Assembly: GCA_950097015.1 (NCBI GenBank)
Contig: CATNEN010000001.1
Coordinates: 14,756,001-14,820,000 of the forward strand
Origin: Macrostomum hystrix
Lineage: Eukaryota; Animalia; Platyhelminthes
DNA: 64,000 nt
Reading direction: 5' to 3'
The notes beneath the pieces were generated by a model, which saw nothing but the letters and a program-made list of their open reading frames with translations, was not told the DNA's origin and made no database searches. Position 1 is the stretch's first letter. The number at the start of each line of letters is the position of its first letter. A program made the translations under genes and the position numbers. This document shows positions 38,601 to 50,546 of the stretch, one piece after another.

Positions 38601-39935
38601 CATTAGCCTCACTTGATCTCCTATGAGATTAGGCATTAGCCTCACTTGATCTCCTATGAGATTAGACATTAGCCTCAGTTGATCTCCTATGAGATTGGAC
38701 ATTAGCCTCACTTGATCTCCTATGAGATTAGGCATTAGCCTCAGTTGATCTCCTATGAGATTCGACATTAGCCTCACTTGATCTCCTATGAGATTGGACA
38801 TTAACTTCACTTGATCTACTATGAGATTAGACATTAGCCTCAGTTGATCTCCTATGAGATTGGACATTAGCCTCACTTAATCTCCAATGAGATTAGACAT
38901 TAGCCTCACTTGATCTCCTATGAGGTTAGACATTAGCCTCACTTGATCTCCTATGAGATTAGACATTAGCCTCAGTTGATCTCCTATGAGATTAGACATT
39001 AGCCTCAGTTGATCTCCTATGAGATTGGACATTAACCTCACTTGGTCTCCTATGAGATTAGACATTAGCCTCACTTGATCTACTATGAGATTAGACATTA
39101 ACCTCACTTGATCTACTATGAGATTAGACATTAACCTCACTTGATCTCCTATGAGATTGGACATTAACCTCACTTGATCTCCTATGAGATTAGACATTAG
39201 CCTCACTTGATCTCCTATGAGATTAGACATTAGCCTCACTTGATCTCCTGTGAGATTAGACATTAGCCTCAGTTGATCTCCTATGAGATTAGACATTAAC
39301 TTCACTTGATCTCCTATGAGATTGGACATTAACCTCACTTGATCTCCTATGAGATTGGACGTACTTTTGTTGACCAAACTTTAATATTTCGTTCTTATTT
39401 ACTCCCTGATAACCGATTCTCCCAATATCAGCCGCAGTCACCGTCGCCGCATTCCGGCCGGTCCCTTGGCCAGCAGTTGCTGAAGGCCATGCAGCAACGC
39501 CTGCCAATCAAGCGAGCTGCCCGAGGCGCCAAGTGGTTCTCGCCGGCTCCTCCCACCGCTGCAGCGGGCTCGGCTTCAATGCCAGCTGACTGCGCTGGGC
39601 TGGCAAGCTCGGAATCTAGCTCAGGTTCAGCTGTGCTACTGTGCGCTCACCTGGGCGTTACTAATAGGCCACCTCATTTCACTGACGCTGTTAGCAGCTA
39701 TCTGGTGTCGGCCAAGGCTCGATTCCTTAAATTGGACGAGCTTCAGAAGCGTCAGTCAGCTGAAATTGTTCGCCTGATTGGCGGAGATCAGCAACAGCAG
39801 CAGCGTCGGTCGGCACTCATGCAGTGCGTCGGTCCGAATTGTGACATGTTCGCTAGGGAGGATACAAATTTTCTGTGCTCGCGTTGCTATAGAGATCAGC
39901 GGTTGCTAATGACTCAGATCCTGACTGACAAATAA
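35672..39935 (+). CDS. OTUD7: OTUD7 (Cezanne)-like A20-family deubiquitinase; join(35672..36291, 36890..37988, 39432..39935), ~740 aa
   Basis: SFILPDL..FRAFLEKELLD..LEQAGCLNWW, QTSGDGNCLLHA (catalytic Cys), GFHDR, SLEEIHVFV, APIPFAGIYLP, YDAAHFSALV (catalytic His), C-terminal A20 zinc finger CVGPNCDMFAREDTNFLCSRCY; phases consistent. Confidence 0.93.
36480..36842. repeat. 30-bp minisatellite GTCAGCTGTAGAGTGACAGGCAGAGGATCA in OTUD7 intron 1
   Basis: About 12 near-perfect copies. Confidence 0.96.
38030..39362. repeat. 33-bp minisatellite TTGATCTCCTATGAGATTAGACATTAGCCTCAC in OTUD7 intron 2
   Basis: About 37 copies. Confidence 0.96.
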
Positions 39936-40021
39936 AAGTGGCGCATTTGCGACCAAGGTGTAACTCGGACGGCTGTTCTCCCAATCACCAATCAATCAAT
40001 TCATTTTTCTCCCTATTTCAT

Positions 40022-40240
40022 AGGGAGGCTGTAGCCTAGTGGTTGAGCGTCCGACTCCCGACTTGAAGGTCGGGGGTTCGATTCCCGACTAATATGGAAC
40101 AGTTTATGCCCTTTAGCAAGACGCTTAACTCTACGTTGCTTCAATTCACCCAGCCGTTAGTGGGTAGCAGCATCAGCTGGGGTAATAAGGAGTGCGTGGG
40201 GCGTCCACCAGTCCATGGACTGACGGCCGTACGCATTGTT
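40022..40240 (+). mobile_element. SINE family B copy just downstream of the OTUD7 stop
   Basis: TAGCCTAGTGG A-box, GGTTCGATTCCC B-box, CORE-like segment, CAGTCCATGGACTG tail; acceptor stem does not pair. Confidence 0.85.
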
Positions 40241-41592
40241 TGTGAACGGCAGTTTTCTGAAATGTGTCTTGTCTGTCAGTGTTCAGTGGCACTTATCGTT
40301 TTTACACCTATATTAACAAGCTGCGTTTCAATGCTTTCTTCGCTAAGCCATGTTCCGATCTGGTCATAAGTCTAGTGTGTATACATTTTTTATTCTGGCC
40401 CTACAGCAATTTCGCCAAAAACAAATATCTATTTAGAGAATATGGAGTTTTATTATATTTTTTCTCGAAAAGCGAACTTTCAAATACCTCAATTAGCTTG
40501 TCGCTGTTCTGGATTTATAATGCTAGATTTTTATATAATATATTATATTACTAATGGCTTTATGCATAGTTAACATAGTATTATAATTTAAATTTTTCTA
40601 CCTTTCCTTACTCACTACTGCCTATCAGTGTTAGCAGTAGTATGAATAACCTAGTCGCGCTGGCAGTTTTTTGTCAGTTAGAAGATTATACAACAGTTGA
40701 CAGTTGTATTTCTCATGCTTTGAGCAAAATCTCTATCTGTGAATAGTTGAAAAGAATTTTATTAGGCTATTTGTTATTTCATATTTTAATATTTATATAT
40801 TATTTTTATTGTCATTGGGGATTTTTTGCGACAAGATATCTTTCTGACTAATTGGCAATACTGTATATTTTTAGTGTTGTATATTTCTGTTTTGGCTTTG
40901 TCTGTAGTCAGTTTGTTAGTTGTTACTCGTAACTAGTTAATATGCTTGACATTGAATTAATAAACCTTTCAACTTCAATACCTATACCTAGAATGAAAAA
41001 ATTATGCAATTTTCTAAAGTATGCCACACCTGGTGTTTGAGTACATACTGCCAGTATATATCTTTATTTTATACAGAGTTAATCGACAAAAGTACTCAGA
41101 CTATCCAGTTTATGGTTTATTATTCTGCTAATAAAAATTCTGTTTTAACACTCAATTTTTTCTGTGCTTTTGTGTTTCTTATTTTTTATTACTTTTTCTT
41201 TCTCTGAGACGGTTGATAAACTCTGATTTTTCAAAAAACAATGCAAGACTTTGGATACGTTTGTTTAACTAATCGATATTTCTATCGTCGGACTTAACAG
41301 TAGGACTACCAGGCCATTCTGCCGCCCGTTTTCATACCAAAGGGTGGGAATTACCCCAGAATTTTTGCAGCGCCTGAATGCTAACAGAGTTGGGTAGTAA
41401 CTGATTGGTTGACAAACTTGGCGAGGGTGGCCTGTGGTTTGAGCTGCGCCTAATATTCAGGCTTGATCAGTGAAATTGGAGAAATTCACGCCAGGGTGTC
41501 CATAGTGGCCTAGTTTCACCTGCTGTAGCCTTTGAAGTTCCAGCAGTCCGTCTACATAAAGATCGACTACCGACTACCGAAGGTACAGGGCG

Positions 41593-42355
41593 ATGATGCA
41601 GGTACATTCGGGTGGCACGCTGATAACTTTTGAAGGCCTAGCAACGCCGCACTGAGGCGCAGTGCTAATTCATGTATAGGGTGTATCAAAAACACTAGCG
41701 CTTATGGGAAAAATCTGGCTTTCGGCCAGAACCATTGAATATCTCGACTGTCTGAAGAGCTGGCGACTTGATTATTGTTTCAGAAGATGCGCAACAAAAA
41801 GTTGGCCCGTGTTCTTGAGTTTTGTGTGCTTGCGTTGCTACGTTTAGGTGCAGCACAAAAAATTGTCGGGAGGACGTATGGTAGTTCTACTGTTAAGTGT
41901 GTGGGGTGCTCAGTAGAATCGACATTAGTTGCCTCCCCGCTGCCTGAGTCTACTGTACAATCGCTGGCTGATGATATGGTTGAGCTTGAAAATATAGTTG
42001 ACAAACTGCAGCAGGAGGTGTCCATTTGGCGGCAGAGAACTGTCGGTAGTCTGCGGTCTGCTCACGATTCGTTGACAAAGAGACTCGAAAATGCTGCTAC
42101 CAGAATCAACCATCGCTTGCGCTGGATGCCGAGAACTTGCTGATAAAACTTGTTCGAAACTTTTTCGACTTAGACTCTGACGAGCTTCGATCGGAATCGA
42201 TCTATCGGAAAAGCGAAGAGATCAGCAACGCTGGCGTGAAGCCTGATGTGGCGGCCGGGATGCAGCTGCTACAAGTCTCGCTTGACAGGTACAAGAGTAG
42301 CCTTATGCAGGACTGCTGGCTAAAGGATAACGAAACTGACTGCCAGGTTTTGTAA
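41593..42355 (+). CDS. Putative small secreted coiled-coil protein, join(41593..41601, 41784..), interrupted by a frameshift between ~42050 and 42140 (pseudogene or assembly indel)
   Basis: ATGATGCAG|gt...tttcag|AAGATG in frame; signal-peptide-like VLEFCVLALLRLGAAQ; heptads LADDMVELENIVDKLQQEV; overlapping second ORF continues a helical sequence to 42355. Confidence 0.5.
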
Positions 42356-43009
42356 CTAAATCTGCATTCGGGGAAAGAGACCCGCTGCTCACATGGCCGT
42401 CAGCACAAGGCTCTGTGGCCAACGATCGATGTGATAAAAATGCTCGAAGATGGCAGATGTCTAGACGAACAGTAGGTGTGGGTGCGCCCGTTTTATTCAT
42501 TTAAACGTGCCAGTCAGAATGAAATTTATTTACTCTAACTTGGGCAGGCCGGTCTCGCGGACGAAATAGAAGTTATAATTAGTTTGCAACCGAAGTTGAA
42601 AACCAATATTAATGTCTTTTTTCAAGTGGTTTTTTGTACTTGATATTGAACTACGTATTGTGAGCCGCAAAATATGATGAATAATCATACGAGTAATCAT
42701 TATTTATTTATATGTCTGTTTTATTCTAGGTAGCTTTGATACTTTTGAGAAACAAATCATTCAACAGCGGCACACGATCCACCTTGCGTTAAGCCAGTCT
42801 AGGATGACCCCATTGGACATTACTGCATTGCTCTTTATAGCCATCTACGAGTAAATACAAAAGCTTGGGAAAAACACCGCATGTGAGAGAAAAGTTTGCT
42901 CAAACAGCAAATAACTCATTGCTTGTTATTATGTAACGCCCGCCACCGCATGCTGTCGTTTAGCAGCTTTCACAATGATCAATTCGATTATTTCGTTATC
43001 GAAATTTCC

Positions 43010-46000
43010 TTATACTGTCACTTTGAACACCAGGTTGGAGAGTTTTCCACCGCAGAACATCCAACTGTCGCCTTCGCAGGGTTGGTCGCATTTAGCCATA
43101 GACTGACGACCGTACATGCCGTAGTCTTCGCCGCACCAGCACTCGTTGCCACCCTGCAGGCCGTAATAGTACGACTGGAGCTGGCGGCACTGAGTGTTGC
43201 ACGCAGCCGCAGTCAGCCGAGTTCCTTTCGGCAGTTTGGCTTTAATTGGCAGGTCGCGCCAATCGCTGCTGTCCGCAAAGCAGCCCAGGGCTCTTGCTGT
43301 TTAGTTAACAGAGTTCGGATAGGTACACTGGTTCATTGTGAAAGACTCCGAGGTATTTGTACTGTAGGTCGGAATCACTTGCGCCAAACAAACGCTACTG
43401 CATAAAACTCACCACTCAATGGCCCTAAAAAATTGAACTATACTCAAAAAGATGCGGCTGTAGAGAATAGTAAATTATGCCATTGCTTAACGCGCTACCT
43501 AATGTAATATCACAAGGAAACCTTAGCTATAAATGTTAATCTATTTTTAGGAATGAGTCATACGCTATTTTTAGAAACAAATTCATGTGACATGAAACCA
43601 GAGAACCGGTTCTGGACAGCTGTATTTGCTTGAATTCCAAATATGGTTATGTTCACCTGAAAAACCCCCAAAACGCAGCTGAACAAACCAGTTTGACCTC
43701 ACTGTGCAAACATGTATGCCCAATGTAAACACCCGGTCCTAACCGGTTTGCCCCAAAATTTTACTATAAATACAAGCGAAAATCCGAGCTGAAAATTCAG
43801 ACTCGGAGCGGTCCACCGGACTTCAAAACAGCTTTACGAAGAAGAGGACTCTCTGAGGGAAAGACAAGTGGTAAGCGCTTTACTAGACAGCTATTTATTG
43901 CTAGCAATAGTTGTTGAATTAACCTAAGTTTACGAGAGCCACATATCGTCGATACATTTGAGAAAGGCCTCCTTGTTTCCTAGGATACATTCCTAGAGGA
44001 TTATTGATTGATTTGATCTGAGTTATCCGTTATCTTTCGGAGGTAACGAAGAAGACGCCTTTCAGGAGGATCTACAGAAGGACACAAGAGAGATTTCAAT
44101 TGTTCACTACGGATCACGTTTCTATTGTGAATTCCGAGCTCGAGGAAACCAAGAAGGGATCTGATTCGCTTCGGTCCTTCATTGGCCAACAGACAAATTC
44201 AAGCCCAACAGATCCACTAGCAGTTGCCGAGGAAGACAAAGTAGACAAGACTACAGACTCAACAAGCACAGACCCGAAACATCACGGCCGACCGGAACAA
44301 AGAGAAGAAGAACTTCCGGATTAAAAGGACCCAGAAGTACAAACTATCAAGGAAGAAGAAGAAACTGCAGTAAGGGTCACGTGACTGTTATAAATTCCTA
44401 GGCAATTGTTCCCCATTGTCTAGAAGTGGGAGTTTTGTGTGCCTGATCAACAAACAAAACTCTTCACTGCATTGTCATTTGGTATTCGCTTTGTAAAGAA
44501 AGGCTTGTGTGAAAAATATTCTTTATAATTAATAGTCCTCAAATGGATATGTAGTACACGTGTAGCAATTATATGCTACTACTGCTAAAAGAGCTTAGAA
44601 AATGTGAGTAATAAGGACGCACTGTCGAAACGTTTCCGGTACCCACCAGGAATTTGACGTTTGCGCTGCCGAACCGGCACGCCGAAAACTTCCACTTCGC
44701 ACAGCGTCAACGCCTCGCGCTGTGTGCTAGTAATCCGAATTACTTGACCAACCACACTGCAAGTGAACTCCTTAACCGAGAAGGCCTTTTTTGAACTGTA
44801 GGATGCGCAGAACGCATTGTCAACTGTGATGTAGAAATTGTTTAGACGGTGGCGACAGCAGTCCTGACGGTTGTAGATGACCACTCTGGTTATAGTGGCC
44901 TTGCCACCGCGGACTCGGGCCTGCCACCAGCTGCCGGGCACAGCGTTCGTGTGCGTGCACGAGTTGCCAAGCCAGGCCTGGTTTTTGTTGTTGTCTATGG
45001 CCCGATTGCACACGCCATTCCGGTAGACTGAACTCTGGCTGCAACTGAACAGTTTCAGCTTGCCTGGAAGCGGCGCATTAGTACACCACGCAGCGAAATG
45101 ATTTACTGAAAGTTACTGCGGACTGCGAATGTTAAAAAGGTTCTAAAGAGAAACTTACTGTCTTTGTACTGTCCGAAGACCTGCACTTCGCAAAGCGTCA
45201 GCGGTTTGCTTATTCGACTACTTATCCTGATCATCTCGCCAACACGGTTGCAAAAGAACGTCTTGACCAAGAAATACGAGCCAGAATTGTATGAGGCACA
45301 CTCTACACCGTTTACAGTGATGACAAAGTTGTTCAGCCTCTCTGGACAACAGTCCTTGCGATTGTAAATGCGGATGTACGTAATCAGAGCCCGCCTTGAC
45401 GTTTGTGCTTGCCACCAGCTGGCTTGGTTCTTTGTGAGCGAACAGCTGCCACCTCTGTACAGCTGGTTGGTGTTACCATCGATGGCTCGACGACAAACTG
45501 CGCCTTGGAGTGTTGAACTCTGCGAGCAGCTCGTAAGAGGTAATCGCACTGTGGTCACGAAAGGCAGGAAATGTGTTTCAATTTTTATCGGGTGAGTTTA
45601 CTTTCACAACTTTCTGTACTGGCAATGTGCCCCTCCATAGATAAATCAGAAGTTGGGTCAGATGTACAGCTAGTACAGCCATCCACCCGAATTTGACGCA
45701 GCTGATGCTGGTACTCGATTTACAATAGGATGAGCTGGGAAATCAAGTGGCTTAACGCAATTTTTCGGGGGGTAAGACCACAATGTCACCAGTGTATTTC
45801 AAATTACCACTGCCTACTTCACTATAGCTCCCAATCCGATTGACCAATTTTCGTGAAAGTCCAAAATTAAATTTTTCTGCTCTTTACGATGCGTGTTGAA
45901 CTTTCAAAGCCTTCTGTTTTCAGCATAGTCGATGTATTCAGCAATTCTTGTCGAAGACCCTGAGGACAATAGCAGCTAAAATTTCTCTGTATAAACCTCT

Positions 46001-49000
46001 ATGTTAAATCAATATCAATTAAATATACAAATTAACAATCAAATAAATACAATATATTTAACTTACAACAGCCGACAGGGGAACTCTTTTAGCAGAAAAA
46101 TTATCCCTTTTTTTGTTTTGCCACCAGATACCCCGACGAGTATCGTTGAATATTTCGATGATGCCGATGGTTTTGTGATTTTGGATTGGGTCTGGATTGT
46201 CATGGCAGTTGTTAAAATATTTTGGGATATTCAGAAAAAGATAAAACGTGTGCATTTGAAATACTGCCAACAACTCGATTGTGCAGAGATATAAGCTCCT
46301 CTACATCAACATAATAATAAACTCCAATTCACAATCCGAAGCTGTATAACCAGTGAGAGCTCCCTGCATGCTTTTTGTATTAGTATTGGTGAAAGCATAG
46401 ACTCTCGCTTGCTCACCTCCGTACTCCTCAACGGGAATGTAGCGACCAAACACTTCCACTTCGCACAGAAAAAATGGCCCTGCCTGTCCATTGTTGATTC
46501 GCAGTACAAGTCCGGCTCGGTTGCAGCTGAACGATCGCACACGCAAAGGACTATTTGATTCGTAAGAAGCGCACTCAACACCGTTCACCGTGATGGTGAA
46601 ATTGTTGAGCAGAAAGGGGTTATTTTCTGTTGCGTAGATTCTTACGTAAGCTATGTGTGCCGGTCTCTCAAGGTCTGCCTGCCACCAGGATGTGGTTAAA
46701 CTACAAGAGAGTAAAGATTTTGAAGGATCTATACCCTGACTGGAATTTCGGTCGAATGCTTGGCTGCACAGACCACCAGTTAATGAGAACCGCGAACTCT
46801 GAGAGCAATTGCTCAGGGGCAGAAAGTCTGAAAATAAGTGTCGTTATGCTATAATGATATTCGGCAGCTCTCGGGCAACAGTTTGAGGAACCACCCGGTG
46901 GGACACCGGCGGGAGGGCGCAGGGTTGGGCGCCGGCGCCCCGCTATACGCCTTCCCACCAGTGGGGCGCTGGTTGATTTTTACTATACGCCCCGCTGTAC
47001 GCCCTCCCACCAGTGGGGCGCGGGTTGATTAACATCACTTTTTCGCGGTTTTTTTTATCTTTTCATGTAGCACTAGTGACTTGTGGTTGCAGAAAAATAT
47101 TATTTCACCTTTAACATGTCTAGTTGCTCTGAAATTTGGCAATATTGTTTGCATTGTTTTCGAAATATTCTACTAAATTTTCCAACTTTTATTCACGGAT
47201 GCGAAAATATTTTGAGGAAGATTAATTCGCCATGTGCTACTATTAGTAGAAACGATAGGATACTGTTTCAGTCATATCCTATAGCTCATTCCTTCCGAAA
47301 GACCTGCTCATGTAGATTGAAATTATATGACTCTGCATGACAACTTAGTATAATAGCTAGCTAGTATATAAATTAACATGGTTGCTTCTAAATTTCAGTT
47401 TCCTCTACATTTATCATAGCGCATAGGGACTCAAAATTCGTCGAGATCAATCTGGATTAAGGGAGGTCCCAAAATCGATTCCGTGCCTTCCCAAGATTCC
47501 CAAGATTCCCTAGATTCCCTAGATTAGTAGGGTGAGAGGGAGATCAGTAGGGTGAGAGGGAGATCAGTAGGGTGTTCGATATCCAAGTGCTTGGCATGGA
47601 ACCACTTATATTCACCTCCAAGCTCTCGGTCGTTTAGACTTTGACCGAATAGTTGCACCTCGCACAGTGTTAGATGCGACTGCATTCTATTTTTAATTCG
47701 CACAGACGATCCGACTTTGCCGCACTTGAACAATTTCTCAGAGAACGAATCATCTGACTGGTAAGAGGCACACTCGGCCCCATCGACCTCGATTGCGAAA
47801 TTGTTTAGCCTGCATAAACAGCAGTCCTGCCTGTTGTAGATTTTTACAGCGTTGATTCTTGCCGGAACTGCGAGTTCCGCCTGCCACCAGCCCCGCTCCA
47901 GCTGCGTGTGGGTGCAGGAGCCGTTGCCGTAAACCTGGTTGGTGTTTCTGTCTATGGCACGGCTGCACTCGCCAGTCAAGTAGGTTGAGCTCTGGGAGCA
48001 GGTGTCCGGGAATAGCTGAGCTGCAATGCAGATCGCGAGTTGAAAACTGAGAAAAAATCTTGAAAGCTGTTGCTACCAGAAGCTACCCAACGTCCCACAA
48101 TTTTATTTTATATATTACGAACGTAAATTACCTATTGAGAATTAACAACTTCGAAACGTAATTGTTTCACTTTAAACAGTAATATTTTCAGTTTTTTCCA
48201 CATTTTACTAATTTATGCAAATTATTTTTAAGATTAACTAGGCTAATAATAATAATAATAATAATAATAAAAATTGCAGGAGGGCTGCGGGCAATGATAC
48301 ATCATTTGGTGACACCAGACCCGCAGCCAGCGAGCAGGCAATTCTGCCCATTTCGCTGATTCCTGAGCACACACGCACACAGATACCGTACGCAGGCATA
48401 CGCTCACACAGGTGTGTACATCTGCCCTGACTTTCTCATCGTCAGGCAGTGTACATTTAACTGTGCCTTGGAGGTTGGCCCTCAAGGGCGTAAATTGCAC
48501 GACAAGCCCCCAAGCCGTCTCTCCGCGGCTGCGCCCCAAATAAATGTGGCCTCGCCGTCGAATCGAACTTAGGGACAGTGGTGCGAGAGGCAAACGCGGT
48601 AACCGCTCTGCCACCGACCGCCCTTACCACTAGGCTACAACCTACGATAAGATGCCCAAATAACGTTAAAAGGATTTAACGTCGCTAACTACTAGAAATT
48701 ATCGATAACTTTCAAACGTCCATGCATTCTCTCAAGAGTTATGTCAGGATTTCTCCACTCAAGAGTAAAGAGACTCTACATCGGGACCAGACTCACATCC
48801 GAAATCCTCGGGAGCCAGTAGTCGACCCAGAACTTGCACCTCGCACAGAGTCAGGTAGGATTTCATTCTGTTGTTGATGCGAATGACCTGACCGATACGG
48901 TTGCACTCGAACATCTTGACAGAGAATGCCGTATTGGATGCGAAGGACGCGCACTCCACACCATCCACTGTGATTGAGAAGTTGTTGAGTCTCTCTGAGC

Positions 49001-50546
49001 AACAGTCCTGCCGATTGTAGATTCTGACGAAGGCAACAAACGCTGGTCCATCTGTATGAGCCTGCCACCAGCCGATCTCATTCTGAGTGTGAGTGCAGGA
49101 CGCATCACTGTAGTTTTGACTAAGCCCATTGTCGATGCCTCTGATGCAGAATCCATTGTAGCCTATAGAGCTTTGACTGCAGCGGCCCAGACGAAGTTGT
49201 TCTAAATAATGGCAACGCGATGAAAAATCGAGATATTGCACAGAGCTTTTAGCAGTAGAAAGACCGCTGCCTACTTCATGATAACTCCCGAACAGAATGA
49301 CCGATTTCCATGAAATTTAACCACATGGATAAATATTAACCGCCCTTTGCGATGAACTAACTTTCAAAGCTGTCCGACGTCAACACCGTCGAGATATTCA
49401 GCGATTCTTGTCGATGACTCTGGTGACAAGCTCTGTATAAACCTCAATCGTGGCATCGACTTTCCAGTCGACTTTCCAGCAAATGTACTCACGCGTTAAA
49501 TATTCTCCGAATGCCTGCACCTCGCACAGGGTCAGGTAGGTATTCTGCAGCTGGCTGATTCGCAGGGTTGTGCCAGCCAGACCGCACTGGAAATCCTCCA
49601 CTGAAAATGGTGTCGCGCGAGTGACCCTGGCGCACTCAACGCCGTCCACTGAGATCTTGAAGCTGTTCAGCCTCTCTTTGCAGCAATCCTGCCTGTTGTA
49701 GATCCTCACGATGGCAAACATGGCAGGGGATTCCGTGCTAGCCTCCCACCAGCCCAGCTCTTTGTTGGTGTGAGTGCATGAGCCCGACCAATAGGTTTGA
49801 TTCGTGTTGCCGTCAAGGGCGTTGCTACAGTATCCGAGCGGTGAAGCGACGGTGCTGTCTGACAATGAGCTCTGACTGCAGTTCCCAAGGCGAAGAGGCT
49901 GCTCTAAACAATACAAGTGTAAAGTTCAGTTACAGCGTGGATTAGAGAAGTCGCTAAATCATTTCTTGTGGCTTACCTTGCAAGTATTTGCCAAAGACCT
50001 GCACCTCGCACAGGGTGAGAAAGTCCTTCTGCAGCTGACTGATCCGAAGCACCTGTCCAGCTCTTTCGCAAGCGAAGTCCATCACCGAGAAGTCGACAGT
50101 TCCCGTATAGCGCGCGCATTCAACACCGTCAACAGTGATTCGGAAGCTCCTGAGTCTCCCAGCGCAGCAGTCCTGCCTGTTGAAGATCCTGACAGAGCTG
50201 AACCTGGCCAGCCTTGGAGTCCTGGCCTGCCACCAGGCCAGTTCGTTTTTCGTGTGCGTGCAGCTGCCGTTGTTGTACCACTGGTTCTTGTCGCCATCGA
50301 TGGCGTGCTCACACACACCGTCAGTTCTGTGTGTGGAGCTCTGGCTGCAGTTTTGCAGAGTCAGCTGAATCTCTGTTAGAAATCAGTTTTGAATGAATCG
50401 TTTATAATTTGTAAAGCGCAGCGTCTAAACAGGGTCGTCTATTGAAATATTTAAACCAACGACCTGGACAACTTACCACATCGAACTGCCGTCACTAGGC
50501 ATAGCGTCAGTACAAGACCTGTCTGGAAACTAAACATTTTCTTCAT
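43010..50546 (-). CDS. Secreted multidomain lectin: signal peptide + 7 tandem F-type lectin (fucolectin/FTP) domains + C-terminal WSC domain, ~1063 aa; exons complement(50477..50546, 49977..50372, 49493..49903, 48797..49201, 47616..48020, 46417..46827, 45159..45548, 44647..45063, 43010..43296)
   Basis: Internal exons read CSQSS..AID..SCTHT..WWQA..IYNRQDCC..RLNNF...LTLCEVQVFG (domains 5 and 6 degenerate); last exon LGCFAD..C..QC..YYGLQGGNECWCG..C.QPC.GD..FCGG..SNLVF (WSC); all introns GT-AG phase 1; spliced length 3192 nt. Confidence 0.92.
45790..46270. mobile_element. DNA-transposon-like repeat family C with imperfect inverted arms
   Basis: TGCCTACTTCA...GTCGA.(.)TATTCAG..ATTCTTGTCGA shared with 49262 and 58872; 46115-46180 is an imperfect inverse of 45915-45970. 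Confidence 0.65.
47490..47575. repeat. Short tandem repeats (GATTCCCAA ~x4; GATCAGTAGGGTGAGAGGGA ~x2.5)
   Basis: Direct reading. Confidence 0.8.
48246..48623 (-). mobile_element. SINE family A, full-length, (TTA)n tail
   Basis: 5' GGGCGGTCGGTGGCAGAGCGG A-box, AGTTCGATTC B-box; imperfect TSD ttaactaggcta / ttaccactaggcta. Confidence 0.88.
49262..49450. mobile_element. Repeat family C fragment
   Basis: Homologous to 45790 and 58872 copies. Confidence 0.65.

Noticed and set aside
20600-39362. 24-43-bp tandem arrays as CRISPR arrays
   Set aside because: No unique spacers, no cas genes, eukaryotic intronic context
40022-40095. tRNA gene (A and B boxes, CCC in the anticodon position)
   Set aside because: Acceptor stem does not pair and the sequence continues into a SINE body shared with other copies
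42177-42220. Hammerhead-like CTGACGA-GCTT...AAGC-GAAG
   Set aside because: GAAG instead of GAAA, no stems I or III, and it lies within an ORF
46955-47021. CTCF sites (CCACCAGTGGGGCGC)
   Set aside because: One base longer than the consensus spacing and embedded in a repeat unit
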